The notes below the pieces were generated by a model, which ran no database searches, was not told the origin of the DNA, and worked only from the letters and a program-made list of their open reading frames with translations. A stretch of 64,000 nt of DNA, from positions 94,304,001-94,368,000 of the forward strand of contig CM059431.1 in NCBI GenBank assembly GCA_030390025.1, read 5' to 3'. The translations under genes and the position numbers were made by a program. Every line of letters starts with the position of its first letter. The first letter of the stretch is position 1. Source of the DNA: Squalus acanthias (lineage: Eukaryota). Positions 1 to 12,326 of the stretch are shown here, in pieces.

Positions 1-1310
1 GGATCGGACAAAGTCAGCATGGATTTACAAAAGGTAAATCATGCTTGACTAATCTACTGGAATTTTTTGAGGATGTAACTGGTAGAATAGATAAGGGAGA
101 ACCAGTGGATGTGGTGTATTTGGACTTTCAGAAGGCTTTTGATAAAGTCCCGCATAAGAGATTAGCGTGCAAAGATAAAGCACATGGGATTGGGGGTAAG
201 GCACTGACTTGGATAGAGAACTGGTTAGCAGACAGGAAGCAAAGAGTTGGAATAAACGGGTCTTTTTTCCAAGTAGCAGGCAGTGACTAGTGGGGTACCG
301 CAGGGATTGGTGCTAGGACCCCAGCTATTCACAATATATATTAATGATCTAGACGAGGGAACTAGATGTAATTTCTCCAAGTTTGCAGACGACACAAAGC
401 TGGGCCGGCGTGTGTGCTGTGAGGAGGATGCAGAGAAACTCCAGTATGATTTGGACAGGTTGGGTGATTGGGCAGATGCATGGCAGATGCAGTATAATGT
501 GGATAAATGCTAGGTTATCCACTTTGGTGGCAAAAACAGGAAGACAGATTATTATCTGAGCGGCAATTGATTGGGAAAAGGGGAAGTGCAACGAGACCTT
601 TGTGTCCTTGTGCACCAGTCGCTGAAGGTAAGCATGTCGGTGCAGCAGGCGGTTAAGAAGGCAAATGGTATGTTGGCCTTCATAGTGAGAAGATTTGAGT
701 ACAGGAGCAAGGATGCCTTGCTGCAGTTGTACAGGGCCTTGGTGAGACCACACCTTGAGTATTGTGTGCAGTTTTGGTCGCCTTATCTGAGGAAGGATGT
801 TCTTGCCATGGAGGGAGTGCAGCGAAGATTCACCAGACTGATACCTGGGATGGCAGGAATGACATATGAAGAGAGATTGGGTCGATTAGGCTTATATTCG
901 CTAGAGTTTAGAAGAATGAGAGGGGATCTCATTGAAACTTATAAAATTCTAACAGGACTAGACAGACTAGATGTAGGAAGGATATTCCCGATGGCGGGGG
1001 AATCCAGAACCAGGGGTCACAGTCTAAGGATAAGGGGTAAGCCATTTAGGACCGAGATGAGGAGGAATTTCTTCACCCAGAGAGTGGTGAACCTGTGGAA
1101 TTCTCTACCACAGAAGGCAGTTGAGGCCAATTCATTAAATATATTCAAGAAGGAGTTAGATATATTTCTTAAGGCTAAAGGGATCAAGGGATATGGGGAG
1201 AAAGCAGGGACAGGGTACTGAAATGGATGATCAGCCATGATCTCATTAAATGGCGGGACAGGCTCGAGGGGCCGAATGGCCTACTCCTCCTCCTATCTTC
1301 TATGTTTCTA
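1..1310 (+). mobile_element. CR1 LINE (HER1-like), 3' part of ORF2 (RT) with frameshift and stops, plus 3' UTR
   Basis: ORF pieces contain YLDFQKAFDKV, GVPQG, FADD and LVRPHLEY. The 3' end has a GGCC-GAAT-GGCC stem-loop and a CTATGTTT-type tail. Confidence 0.95.
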
Positions 1311-1656
1311 TATATTTTTAGAATTGTCTCACATAAGACTTCTGTATCAAAAACTCGCGAACTCAATCTCTGTACACTCTTTGGTGAGGAGTTGTAGAAT
1401 TCTGAGGGAGTTTTCCGGACCCTCATAATATCCGGAACGTTACAGTCTAGCTAAACTTATTAAAAGCGGTATCTGGAGGACGGTAACATTCTTGGGTTCT
1501 TCCTTTCCTTTAGGGAGATATAGTCTGGACCTTTAGACCCAATTAAGCGTCTTTAGGATTCGACTACCTCAAACTTTAGTTGAAAGTGAACGTCTTGAGA
1601 AATAGGCCTGATCCGGGGTAGCCCTAAAGGGTCTAAGACTAGTAATTAACCCTTCA
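1311..1656 (+). mobile_element. 3' (U5) end of an LTR of the same family as 14807-15946, interrupted upstream by the CR1
   Basis: Colinear reverse-complement match to about 14807-15150, ending in CCTTCA. Confidence 0.8.
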
Positions 1657-1744
1657 AGCATTCTGTCCCCCAACTCTGCCACCCCCAGATCATAGACACA
1701 CAGCACCCTCCCCACCCCCAGTCCTCCCAGTTCACAGAGACACT

Positions 1745-4175
1745 GAGGGGAATTTTAACATGGTGGAGCACGTGGGTTGGGTGCGGGTAGGGGTTTAAAT
1801 CCATGGAAAATGTTAGCGAGTCGGGAAGTCGGCTCCAACCCACAGACTTCCACATTTTACTCGAACACGTTAGGCTGCGTGCGTGCAACCTCCTCGGGAG
1901 AAGTGAGTTGCCAATTAACAAATGTTAATTGCTCAATTAGAGAGATATTTACACACACCTTTGAGTTTAACGTCGGGCCTCTGGGTTTCCCGGGCTTCCT
2001 GAAACTTGACAGTGAAAGCAAGGTGAGAACACAGCGGCAACTGAGAGGTTCAATCCATCTCATGGAAATATGGCACGGCATACTCAGTACTCACAGCTGC
2101 TTTCTTACCTGCTAGTCGGAAAGAGTGTTCAGAGTACTTTTGCTGAGAGTTTACTTTCTACACATAGGAGGTTTGTTCAATCACATCAGGATGAGAGGTG
2201 CTTTGGCTGCCTTAGATTGGACCTCAGGTGAGGAGCAACATGACCAGCAGCAGCACCAGCGCCAGTGCCAGCACCCGCTGGTCACAGATCTATAGCTACA
2301 CAGGAGAGAGGGGAGCAGCAGAGCGTGGAGCAGCAGAGAGGGGAGAAGCAGAGAGGAGAGCAGCAGAGAGGGGAGAAGCAGAGAGAGGAGCAGCAGAGAG
2401 GGGAGCAGCAGAGATAGGAGCAGCAGAGAGGGGAGCAGCAGAGAGGGGAGAAGCAGAGAGGGGAGCAGCAGAGAGGGGAGCAGCAGAGAGGGGAGCAGCA
2501 GAGAGGGGAGCAGCAGAGATGGGAGCAGCAGAGAGGGGAGCAGCAGAGAGGGGAGCAGCAGAGAGGGGAGAAGCAGAGAGGGGAGCAGCAGAGAGGGGAG
2601 CAGCAGAGAGGGGAGCAGCAGAGCGTGGAGCAGCAGATAGGGGAGCAGCAGAGAGGGGAGCAGCTCGCAGGAGGCACTAACTGCGAAACAGGTTCTGCAG
2701 GCAGAGGCTGCGTTTCCTTGACATCTCTGAACAGCAGTGTCTCAGGAGGCTCAGGTTGTTGCATCATCTGCAGCCAGCTGGAAGAAGACCTGCTGGATCT
2801 GGTGGCCACATGTTACCACTGGCTGTCAAAGGCACCACCATCCTCAATTTTTTTGCTTCTGGATCCCTCCAGGGCTCTGCTGGAACACCCAGTCAGCATC
2901 CTACAAATGCATAAGACAGGTGACTGATGGGTTGTTTGCCAGGGCTGGCAATTATGTCAACCTTGCCTGTGATGATGCCAGTCAGAATGAGTGGGTGCTT
3001 GGGTTTGCGGCTCTAGCTGGCTTCCCACAGGTGTAGGCGTCATTCACTGTACACACGTGGCAATTCGGGCACCCCTAGATCAACCAAGATTATTTGTCAA
3101 CCACAAGGGCTTCCACTCCATCAATGTGCAGCTGGTGTGCAACCATAAAAAAATATTTCTACAGGTGTGTGCGAGATTTTCAGGGAGCTGCCATGATGCT
3201 TTCATCCTGCAGCAATCCAAGCTCCCAAGCAATGCCCTGCAACACTCATGTTTGAGCTGGACTCCACCATTCTCTCTGCAATCGTGGACAGTGTGCATGG
3301 AAGGCCTGCCAGTACACAGCAGATTTTTTGCTGCCCCTCAGTGATTATCCTCTTCATCGTTGGCCCCCGGGATACAGCATCTGTGTCCAGCTGAGCAGAG
3401 CCCTCCGACGCAGACTCTCCACAGTTGTCCCTGCCACCACTGTCTACTCTTGCTCACTTGTGAACTGTGAGTCACCAGGTGAAATCCCAATTAACTGCTT
3501 AGCTGGACCTACTGAAGTGTGAGTATCTGAGCTGGTGCATGGTAAGCATGAGTCCTGTGATGGTGCACCCTCAGAAGGAATCAGCTCCTCTGAGGATTCA
3601 TGATCCGGGAGCTCCACCGACTGCTGCTGTACACGTGAAGACCCCGGTGGAGAAAAAAGACATGAATCAGTACTGACAAAGTAAGAATGTTGTAACTTAG
3701 CATGATGAAGAGGATCATATTTCACTCGCTGCTGAAATCAAGTCAGCTTGACTAAGTATTGTATGACATGTGGGTCGCTGATATTTAATTGTGTCACCAG
3801 GTAGCTGAGAGCTCCCAATTTCCCGATCTCCGATGGTCAGGGATGCTGAAACACCATTGATCTTCAGCGCTTCCTCCTCTGCAACTGAGAAATCTGTCGA
3901 GGACCACCTCCAGTTCTCTCCCTCTCTCTTGAGTTCTCTGATCTCTTCTCCTGTAATATGAGTTACTGTAATGGCACATGTTCACCCGATGGATGCAGTG
4001 CCTTTGGTGAGGGTGACTATCAGGGAGAGGCATCAAATTGCAAAAGGATCAGGTTGAGTGGCAGCAGTGGATGGATAGATGCGGATGTCAGGAAGTGCAT
4101 AGGAAGAGAACAATGGGTGCACTTGCAAAGTAAGTGGGTGTGAGCAGTTATGTGATAGTCTTGACCTTTGGTTAT
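1745..4175 (+). mobile_element. Degenerate Harbinger transposon (transposase remnant on +, Myb-gene remnant on -)
   Basis: [28 protein letters not shown] and GSCHDAFIL at about 3040-3230. The minus strand carries SEGAP..TSSDTHTSVGP, as in Myb exon 3 of other copies. The right boundary is uncertain. Confidence 0.8.
2305..2663. repeat. 15-bp minisatellite (GAGAGGGGAGCAGCA)n, about 24 copies, in the transposase 5' region
   Basis: Direct tandem repeat; it produces the ERGAA and CCSPL ORF artefacts. Confidence 0.95.
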
Positions 4176-4573
4176 TGACTCACTCACCAGATGGAATAGT
4201 TTTTCTCTCTATCAAACCTCTCATCATCTTGAAAACCTTTATTAGGTCACCTCTTAACCTTCTCTGTTCCAAGGAGAACAGTTTTAGCTTTTCCAACCTC
4301 TCCTCGTTACTGAAATCCTTCACCCCTGGGAACATCCTGGTAAACTTCCTCTGTACCCTTTCTAAGGCCTTTACATCTTTCCTCAAGTGTGCTGACCAGA
4401 ATTGTCCACAATACTCCAGCTGAGGCCTAACCAGTTATTTATAAAATTCAAGCATGATCTCTTTGCTGTCAAATTCTATTCCTCTATTTATAAACCCAGG
4501 TAACCCATGCGCATTATTAACCACCTTATCAACTTGCCCTGCCACCTTTAAAGATTTGTGTATGTGGACACAA

Positions 4574-7500
4574 GGGGCACAAAGTTCGAATGCGTAGGGA
4601 CCGTTTTTAGATGCTACGAGTGCCCTTGGAGCTCCAAAATGGGGTCCACATGTGCGCACACCACTTCTGGTGTGAGTTGTGTGGGATGCCATATTGGTGA
4701 GGGCATTAGCGTGCAGCATGAACGTCTGTCGGATCATGATGTCAATCAGCGCTCAACGTTGATTTGACACCAGTGCGGCCATTTTGGAGCTCAATGCTCG
4801 AACAAATGCCCTCTCTTAACTTTGCAAGTGTTCAGCAGCAGGAAGGACCCCCCACCAGTGCTATTTAAAGTGTTTGGCATTTTCTCGAGTTCTTTAAAGT
4901 TGCTAAAGTCTACAGGGAGTGGTGTGGCAGGTGTTGAAGGACTTTTTCCTGACTTCAAGGCTTCTGCACAATTCCCCTTGGAATACAGCATAACTTGAAG
5001 AATGAACAGAAGGCACGCAGAGCAGAACAAGCTGCTGGAAGAGAGAGGAGGAGGAGGGGAGAAGGTGTCTCAGCAGGAGGCCATATCTACCCAGGGTATT
5101 CAGGGAGCATTTACTGGAACCACAGCGAGGAATGATGTGTGAGATGTGTGCGCTTCACTAAGGACATCCTCACTAAAATATCCCACCTTCTGCAGCCACA
5201 ACTACAACCTCAGAGCAGAGCAAGGACCGCATTGCCAGTGGCTGTGAAGGTGACCATGACGATGAACATTTATGTGTCGGGCTCCTTCCAGGCTGGAGCT
5301 GGAGATATTTGCAACATCTTGCAGTTTGCCATCCACTGTTGCATAAGGGAGGTCACTGAGGCTCTGTATTTTAAGAGAGCTAAATACATTTCATTCTCTC
5401 TTGCCAGAACAGCAGCAGGTTGAGTGAGCACATGGCTTTGCTGGGATTGCAGGCTTCCCCATGGTGCAGGGTGCCATTGACTGCACGCATGTCGCTTTGC
5501 GGGCGTCGCCTGTCAAGTCTGAAATGTACCGCAACCGAAAGGAATTCCACTCCCTCAACATCCAGCTGGTGAGCGACCATCGACAGTAAATCATGCAGGT
5601 CAATGCCCGGTATCCTGGCAGCAGTCATGATGCCTTCATTCGGCAGCAGTCCGTTGTCCCATCTGCACTTGAGCCACCATGACAAACCAGAGGGTGGCTA
5701 CTGGGCGACAAGGGCTATTGCTGATGTCTTGGCTCTTGACTCCAGAGTGCAACCCATGCAAATGTGGGTGGCATGCATACAATGAAAGCCATGCTGCCAC
5801 AAGAACTGTGATAGAGCAGACCATTGGCATGCTGAAAAAACACTTCCGCTGGAGGAGCCCTGCATTATTTGGCAGAGCAGGAGTCAAGATTTGTGGTGGT
5901 CTGCTGCATGGTGCACAACCTCACCATGAGTGCACAGCCCTGGCCACCAGCTATACGGCGGGCAGCTGAGGAGCAGGAGGAGGAAGAGGAGGACAAGGAG
6001 GAGAAGAGACAACATAAACAACCTAGCTGGGCTGTCCGTGAAGAACTCATCCAAGTGTGACACAAGAGAAAACACAATCCCAATTCCCCATTCACCAAAA
6101 GTCCCACACCTTACCTTCCCTCTGTCACTGATCATCACAGTTTCCACTTGGCAACAATGCAAAAATAAAAGCCAACACTAAATAAACATTCTAAACCAAA
6201 TTTATGAATTAAATCATGCTATATTGCATACATACGTAAAGTAATCACCTTTGTGCATTCCCTTAGTGCCTGTCTTCCATGTTCCTTTGCCTATTCTAGT
6301 GCTCCTACGCAGTGCTACTCCAGTGGCTGCAGCATGGCTGGTGGAAGGCTGTTGACTTTCAGTAGGGGAGACAGTAGATGGCCTTGGAGGACGACTTCGA
6401 GCAGCTCTGGGCCTAGAAGGCCCGGCTGCGGACTGCACCACCTCGGCATGGGCGGCAGCAGACTGGGCTGGCTGGCTGACAGGCAACAGCAAGGGCATTG
6501 GCGGAGTGGCAGTGGTGGGAGGATGAATGCTGTCATCCTGAGAGAGGACAGCAGGTTCGTGCTCCACGGAGCCAGTGCCACTCCCCTGGGGCGACGCCTC
6601 AGCATTCTGAGTAATCTGCTGGAGGACAGATTACTGAACTGCTGTGACACCCTGCAAGTCCCTTTCCACACTCATAAACCCAGCCATGATGGCAGCAGTC
6701 TGAGCTTGCATGACTTCAGTCTGAGCTTCCATTGCAGCACACTAAGGTGTTGGGTGGCTGCTCCTTATGCTGCAATGGAAGCTGCAACATCGGCTATCAG
6801 ACGTTGCATGATGGTTGGGTCCACAAGTGTGCTAATGGAGTTGGCCACCACTTCCATGCTGGAAAGTACGGGCTCCAATCTCTAGGCAAAGCCCCGTGCC
6901 AAGTTGATGCCAAACTCATCCATGCTCTTTGACATTGACAGCAGGCTTACTGGCAGGCCTTCCAATGCACTAAACATTTCATTGTGCATACTCATCAGTC
7001 TTCTTCTGTAGCTGCCCCATTGAAGTCCTCATCTGAGACCTTTGCAGCAGAACTCATTTTGCGACCTCGCCCTCCGGCGAGCTGGCACCTGCACTATCCT
7101 TACCCCCTGCCCTGGCTGCAGGCCATTCGTCTCCGGTGTCTCACCATGTGCAGATCCTGCCTCTATGCTACCCTCTAAATTACACACAGTGTCAGTATCT
7201 GAGTTGGTGGCTGTGAGTGTGAAATTGAGTGAAGGTTTTTCTTCATCATCACTGTCTTGTTGCTCTTCCACCTGTTGCTCTTCCACCACTACCTGACTAG
7301 GTTGCAGTTCTTGAGTATCTGAAAGGAGAAAGGCACAAAGGTAAGGTTGTGGTGAGGGGAGGGAGTAAAGCAAGAGGTGCATGCTTACACCTTCTGCAGC
7401 TTGTAAATCAGAAGTGATTGTGGGATGAAGGGGAAGTACGAAGTGAGAAGGAGGATTAGGTATGGAGATACCATCAACTTTGAAGGTTTCAGCACCGCCA

Positions 7501-8384
7501 CTGCAGACATGCAGACTTGCCTGTATCCTGCCAGTTAGGTCCTGCTGCCTCCGGTTGTGCGTCACCTTTTCCTACAAGAGAGACGGAAATGTGTCAGTGA
7601 GTGTGATGCAATCTGTTTGGGTGATGTGCCTGTCATGGTCAAATAGCTGGCAGTGTGTCCAAGCTATGAGATGTGTGAGGCTTGCAGCAGTGCTAAGTGT
7701 GTGCGGATGAGGTGAAACTATGAATGTTAGATAAGAGTCCTGATTGATAGAAATTGTTGGTAGGTGAGTGATGTGTGTGTGGTGCATTGAGCAGTTGCTG
7801 AGGCAAGTGGTGCAGATGGTGAGATATGGCATTTGAAGATGTATTCACTGACCTTGATCATTCATGTGAGGTCATTAAACTTTTTGTGGCACTACATCCA
7901 GGTCCTCGGGGCTTGACTCCTGGCATTGACCACCACGGCTATCTGCTCCCACAGCCTTCTGAGCGTTTGTCTGGAGGTCCTCCTGGCTCCCTGTGGATAC
8001 AACATATCTCTCCTACTTTCCACCTCCACCACCAAGGCCTCCAGTGCAGCGTCGGAGAACCTTGGAGCATGCTCTCTACCATGTTGCGCCATTACTGAGT
8101 GTTTCCCACATCAAAATCAGTTGTAGAACGACTTTCAACACCTGCTCCAGCCACAATGCACAATGTAGGTTGGCTTTAAGTGGTGCAGGCTAGCTTTAAG
8201 TGATGCTAACCTCTCACGATTTTGGGCCACCTGCTGATGCATGCCAATGAACAGCATGGTTAGCGCTGGCTGCATGCTACAATCATGAAGTTGGCATGCT
8301 GCCTGCATCAGAAGGAATGGATGCGGGTTAATCGCACATTGTAATCCCCATGCCCATTTTCGGGGGTTAGCAAATTTTGCGGGC
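4574..8384 (+). mobile_element. Full-span decayed Harbinger (transposase pseudogene about 5000-6060 on +, Myb pseudogene about 6214-8092 on -)
   Basis: Transposase motifs LPVAVKV, GAIDCTH, GDKG and IEQTIG are broken by stops and frameshifts. Myb exon 1 reads APRFSDAALEALV..W. TIRs are degenerate and the element interrupts the host CR1. Confidence 0.9.
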
Positions 8385-9384
8385 AAGTTTTCTCTGCTCA
8401 TCTACACTTTTAAAAATCATGCCATTTACAGTATACTTTCTTTCTATGTCATCCCAAAGTACATCACTTCACACTTCCCTGCATTAAACTCCATCTGCCA
8501 TGCTTCTGCCCATTTCGCCATCCTGAAGTCTACATCTATCCTCATCACTATCTACTACTTTGCCAAGTTTTGGATCATCTGAAAACCTTAAATTGCTGCT
8601 CCCTACACTCGAGTCTAGGTCGTTTAAAAAAATTGAAAAGAATAATGAACACAAAACTGGCCCTTGGGGAACACCACTGCAAACCATCCCCCACCCCAGT
8701 CTGAAAAACATCCATCCACCAGCACCCTTTGCTTTCTGTCATTGAGCCAATTCCGTATGCATATTGCCATTTTACCCTTGGGCTTCCATCTTCTTAACAA
8801 GCCTCCTGTGTGGCACTTCCGAAAGTCCATGTATACAACATCTACTGCATTACCTTGATCAACTTCTCTGTTACCTCATCAAAGAATTCAATCAAGTTAG
8901 TCAGGCATGATTTGCCTTCAACAAATGTATGCTGGCTGTCCTTGATTAACCCATGCCTTTCTAAATGAAAGTTTATTTTGCCCATGATAATGGTTTCCAT
9001 AACTTACCCACCACCGATGTTAGGCTGACTGGCCTGAAATTTCTAGTTTATCTCTTTTGCCTTTCTTGAATGGTGATATAACATTAGCAACCCTCCAGTC
9101 CTCCGGCACTACTCCTGTATCCAATGAGGATTGAAAGATTGTGACCAATGCCTCTGCTATTTCTACATTTGTTTCTTTCAGCAACCTAGATGCATTTCAT
9201 CCGGATCGGATGACTTATCAACTTTCAATAATGCTAATCATTTTAGTACGTCTTCTCTATCTATTACTATCCTGTCCATAACTTACATAGATACATAGAT
9301 ACATAGAAGATAGGAGCAGGAGTAGGCCATCCGGCCCTTCGAGCCTGCTCCGCCATTTAATGAGATCATGGCTGATCCTCCAAT

Positions 9385-12252
9385 TCAGTATCCCGTCCCC
9401 GCCTTCTCTCCGTAACCCTTAACCCCTTTTGCCTGTAGAAATATATCTAATTCCCTCTTAAATATATTTAATGAGCTGGCGTACACTGCCCTCTGTGGCA
9501 ATGAGTTCCACAGGTTCACCACCCTCTGAGTGAAGAAATTCCCCCTCATTTCTGTCCTAAATGGTTTAGCCCTTATCCTTAAATTATGTCCTCTAGTTCT
9601 GTTCTCACCCGCCAAGGGAAACATTCCTTCTGCATCTAGTCTGTCTAGACCTGTCAGAATTTTATACACTTCTATGAGGTCCCCTCTCAATCTTCTAAAC
9701 TCCAGTGTGTACATCCCTAAACTACATAGTCTCTCCTCATAGGTCAATCCCGCCATTCCTGGTATCAGCCTGGTGAATCGCCGCTGCACCCCCTCCATGG
9801 CAAGAACATCTTTCCTCAGATGAGGCGACCAAAACTGTACACAGTACTCGAGGTGTGGTCTCACCAGTGCCCTGTACAGCTGCAGCAAGGTATCCCTGTT
9901 CCTGTATTCCAACCCTTTTGCTATGAAGGCCAGCATACCGTTTGCCTTCTTGACCGCCTGTTGCACCTGCATGCTCGCCTTCAGTGACTGGTGTACAAGA
10001 ACACCCAGGTCTCTCTGTACTTCCCCCTCTCCCAATTTATTGCCATTTAAATAATAATTTGCCCTCCCGTTCCTGCACCCAAGGTGGATAACTTCGCACT
10101 TGTCCACATTATAGTGCATCTGCCATTTATCCGCCCAATCACCCAGTCTGTCCAAATCGCTCTGGAGCTTCCTGGTCTCCTCCTCTGAGCCCACCCCCCC
10201 TCCTAGTTTAGTGTCGTCTGCAAATTTGGAAATGCTGCATCCGACTCCCTGATCCAGGTCATTAATGTAAATTGTGAACAGCTGGGGACCCAGGACAGAT
10301 CCCTGTGGTACCCCACTTGTTACTGCCTGCCATTCAGAAAATGAGCCGTTTATTCCAACTCTCTGTTTTCTATCTGACAGCCAGTTCTCTATCCACGTCA
10401 ATACTTTCCCCTTTATCCCATGAGCTTCAATTTTCCATGCTAATCTTTTATGTGGGACCTTATCGAAGGTCTTTTGGAAGTCCAGGTACACCACATCTAC
10501 TGGCTCTCCCCCATCTATTTTACCAGTTACTCCCTCAAAAAATTCCAATAGATTAGTCAAGCACGATTTACCCTTTGTAAATCCATGTTGACTCTGTCCT
10601 ATCCTGTCCCCATTTGCTAAGTGCTCCGCTATTTCATCCTTAATGATGGACTCCAGCATTTTGCCCACAACTGATGTAAGGCTTACAGGTCTGTAATTAC
10701 CTGCTTTTTCCCTACCCCCCTTTTTGAATAATGGGGTAACGTTAGCTACCCTCCAATCCATGGGCACTGTTCCCGAGTCTAATGAATTCTGAAAAATCAT
10801 ACTTAGTGCATTCGCTATCTCTGGGGCCACCTCCTTCAGTACCCTAGGATGCATGTTATCAGGCCCTGGGGATTTGTCCGCCTTCAATCCCTTTAGCTTC
10901 CTTAACACCATATCCTTAGAGATATTGACTTGCGTCAGTTCCTCCTTTGCCAATGTCCCTATTTTTCCCGATATCCCAGGGAGGTTTTTTGTGTCTTCCT
11001 TCGTAAAGACTGACCCAAAGTATGCATTTAGTTGGTCTGCCATTTCCTTATTTCCCGTTATATATTCCCCCGTATCTGACTGCAATGGACCAACTTTGGT
11101 TTTCACCAGTCTTTTCCTCTTGATATACTTATAAAAGCTTTTGGAGTTAGTTTTTATATTTTCCGCCAGCTTGCTTTCGTAAGCTATTTTGCCCCTCTTG
11201 ATTAAGCCCTTTGTCCTCCTTTGCTCTATCTTAAACTGTTCCCAATCTTCCGCTCTGGCGCTTTTTTTGGCTATTTTATACGCCCTATCTTTGGATTTTA
11301 TGCTGTCTCTAATTTCCCCTGTTATCCACGGTTGAGTCACCTTTTTAGATTTCCTTTTATGCCAGATTGGTATAAACAATTTTTGCAATTTTGTCATTCT
11401 ATCTTTAAATGCTTGCCATTGTTTATCTACCTCCAGTCCTCCCAGGAACGTTGTCCAATCAGACCTACTCAGTTCCCGTCTAATGGCATCATAATTCCCC
11501 TTGTTTAAATTCAGGACCTTAGTCTCTGAGTCAATTTCTTCGCTCTCCATTTCGAGTGAGAAATCGATCATGTTATGATCGCTCTGACCCAAGGGTCCCC
11601 GTACAACAAGATTACTAATTAGTCCCTTCTCATTGCACAGTACCCAGTCCAATATAGCCTGTTCCCGAGTTGGTTCCTCGACATATTGATCCAGATAACC
11701 ATCCCTTAAACACTCAAGGAATTCCTCCTCCTCATTATTTTTACTGATTAGGCTAGTCCAATCTATATGTAAGTTAAAGTCACCTATGATGACAGCTGTG
11801 CTCTTATTGCACGCTTCTCTAATTTCCCTCGTGATGCCCTCCCCAACCTCTATTTTACTATTTGGAGGCCTATATACCACTCCTATTAATGTTTTTCGCC
11901 CCTCGCTATTTCTTAGCTCCACCCATATAGATTCTGTATTAACTGAGTTAATATCCTTCCTTTCAATTGCATTTATCCCCTCTTTTACCAGCAATGCTAC
12001 CCCTCCTCCCTTTCTTTTTTGTCGATCCTTCCTAAATACTGAATACCCCTGTATGTTAAGCTCCCAGCCCTGCTCACCCTGCAACCATGTTTCCGTAATC
12101 CCAATTAGATCATAATTATTAACCTCTATTTCCACAGCTAATTCATCTACCTTGTTCCTGATGCTTCTCGCATTAAGGTATAAAACCCTCAGGCTTTTTT
12201 TATGCACACATTTTTTATGAATTAGTTTGGCTCTTTGTTTTTTGTTCCTCAC
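9385..12252 (-). CDS. CR1 ORF2: APE endonuclease plus reverse transcriptase, uninterrupted (frame open up to about 12351; no ATG until 11571)
   Basis: Endonuclease motifs LNARS, ITETW, YRPP, GDFN and SDH. RT motifs YRPVSLTS, QHGF, LDFQKTFD, PQGSVLGP and FADD. 955 codons without a stop. Confidence 0.97.
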   Translation of the reverse strand: MRNKKQRAKLIHKKCVHKKSLRVLYLNARSIRNKVDELAVEIEVNNYDLIGITETWLQGEQGWELNIQGYSVFRKDRQKRKGGGVALLVKEGINAIERKDINSVNTESIWVELRNSEGRKTLIGVVYRPPNSKIEVGEGITREIREACNKSTAVIIGDFNLHIDWTSLISKNNEEEEFLECLRDGYLDQYVEEPTREQAILDWVLCNEKGLISNLVVRGPLGQSDHNMIDFSLEMESEEIDSETKVLNLNKGNYDAIRRELSRSDWTTFLGGLEVDKQWQAFKDRMTKLQKLFIPIWHKRKSKKVTQPWITGEIRDSIKSKDRAYKIAKKSARAEDWEQFKIEQRRTKGLIKRGKIAYESKLAENIKTNSKSFYKYIKRKRLVKTKVGPLQSDTGEYITGNKEMADQLNAYFGSVFTKEDTKNLPGISGKIGTLAKEELTQVNISKDMVLRKLKGLKADKSPGPDNMHPRVLKEVAPEIANALSMIFQNSLDSGTVPMDWRVANVTPLFKKGGREKAGNYRPVSLTSVVGKMLESIIKDEIAEHLANGDRIGQSQHGFTKGKSCLTNLLEFFEGVTGKIDGGEPVDVVYLDFQKTFDKVPHKRLAWKIEAHGIKGKVLTWIENWLSDRKQRVGINGSFSEWQAVTSGVPQGSVLGPQLFTIYINDLDQGVGCSISKFADDTKLGGGVGSEEETRKLQSDLDRLGDWADKWQMHYNVDKCEVIHLGCRNGRANYYLNGNKLGEGEVQRDLGVLVHQSLKASMQVQQAVKKANGMLAFIAKGLEYRNRDTLLQLYRALVRPHLEYCVQFWSPHLRKDVLAMEGVQRRFTRLIPGMAGLTYEERLCSLGMYTLEFRRLRGDLIEVYKILTGLDRLDAEGMFPLAGENRTRGHNLRIRAKPFRTEMRGNFFTQRVVNLWNSLPQRAVYASSLNIFKRELDIFLQAKGVKGYGEKAGTGY

Positions 12253-12326
12253 CCTTTTACCATTTATTTCTGTCTGCCTTTCACTTTCCTCTATTTCACT
12301 ACATAGGTTTCTAGCCCCCTGCCATA

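Noticed and set aside
2228..2809. ERGAA-repeat and Cys-rich CCSPL-repeat ORFs resembling keratin-associated proteins
   Set aside because: They are translations of a 15-bp minisatellite inside a decayed Harbinger.
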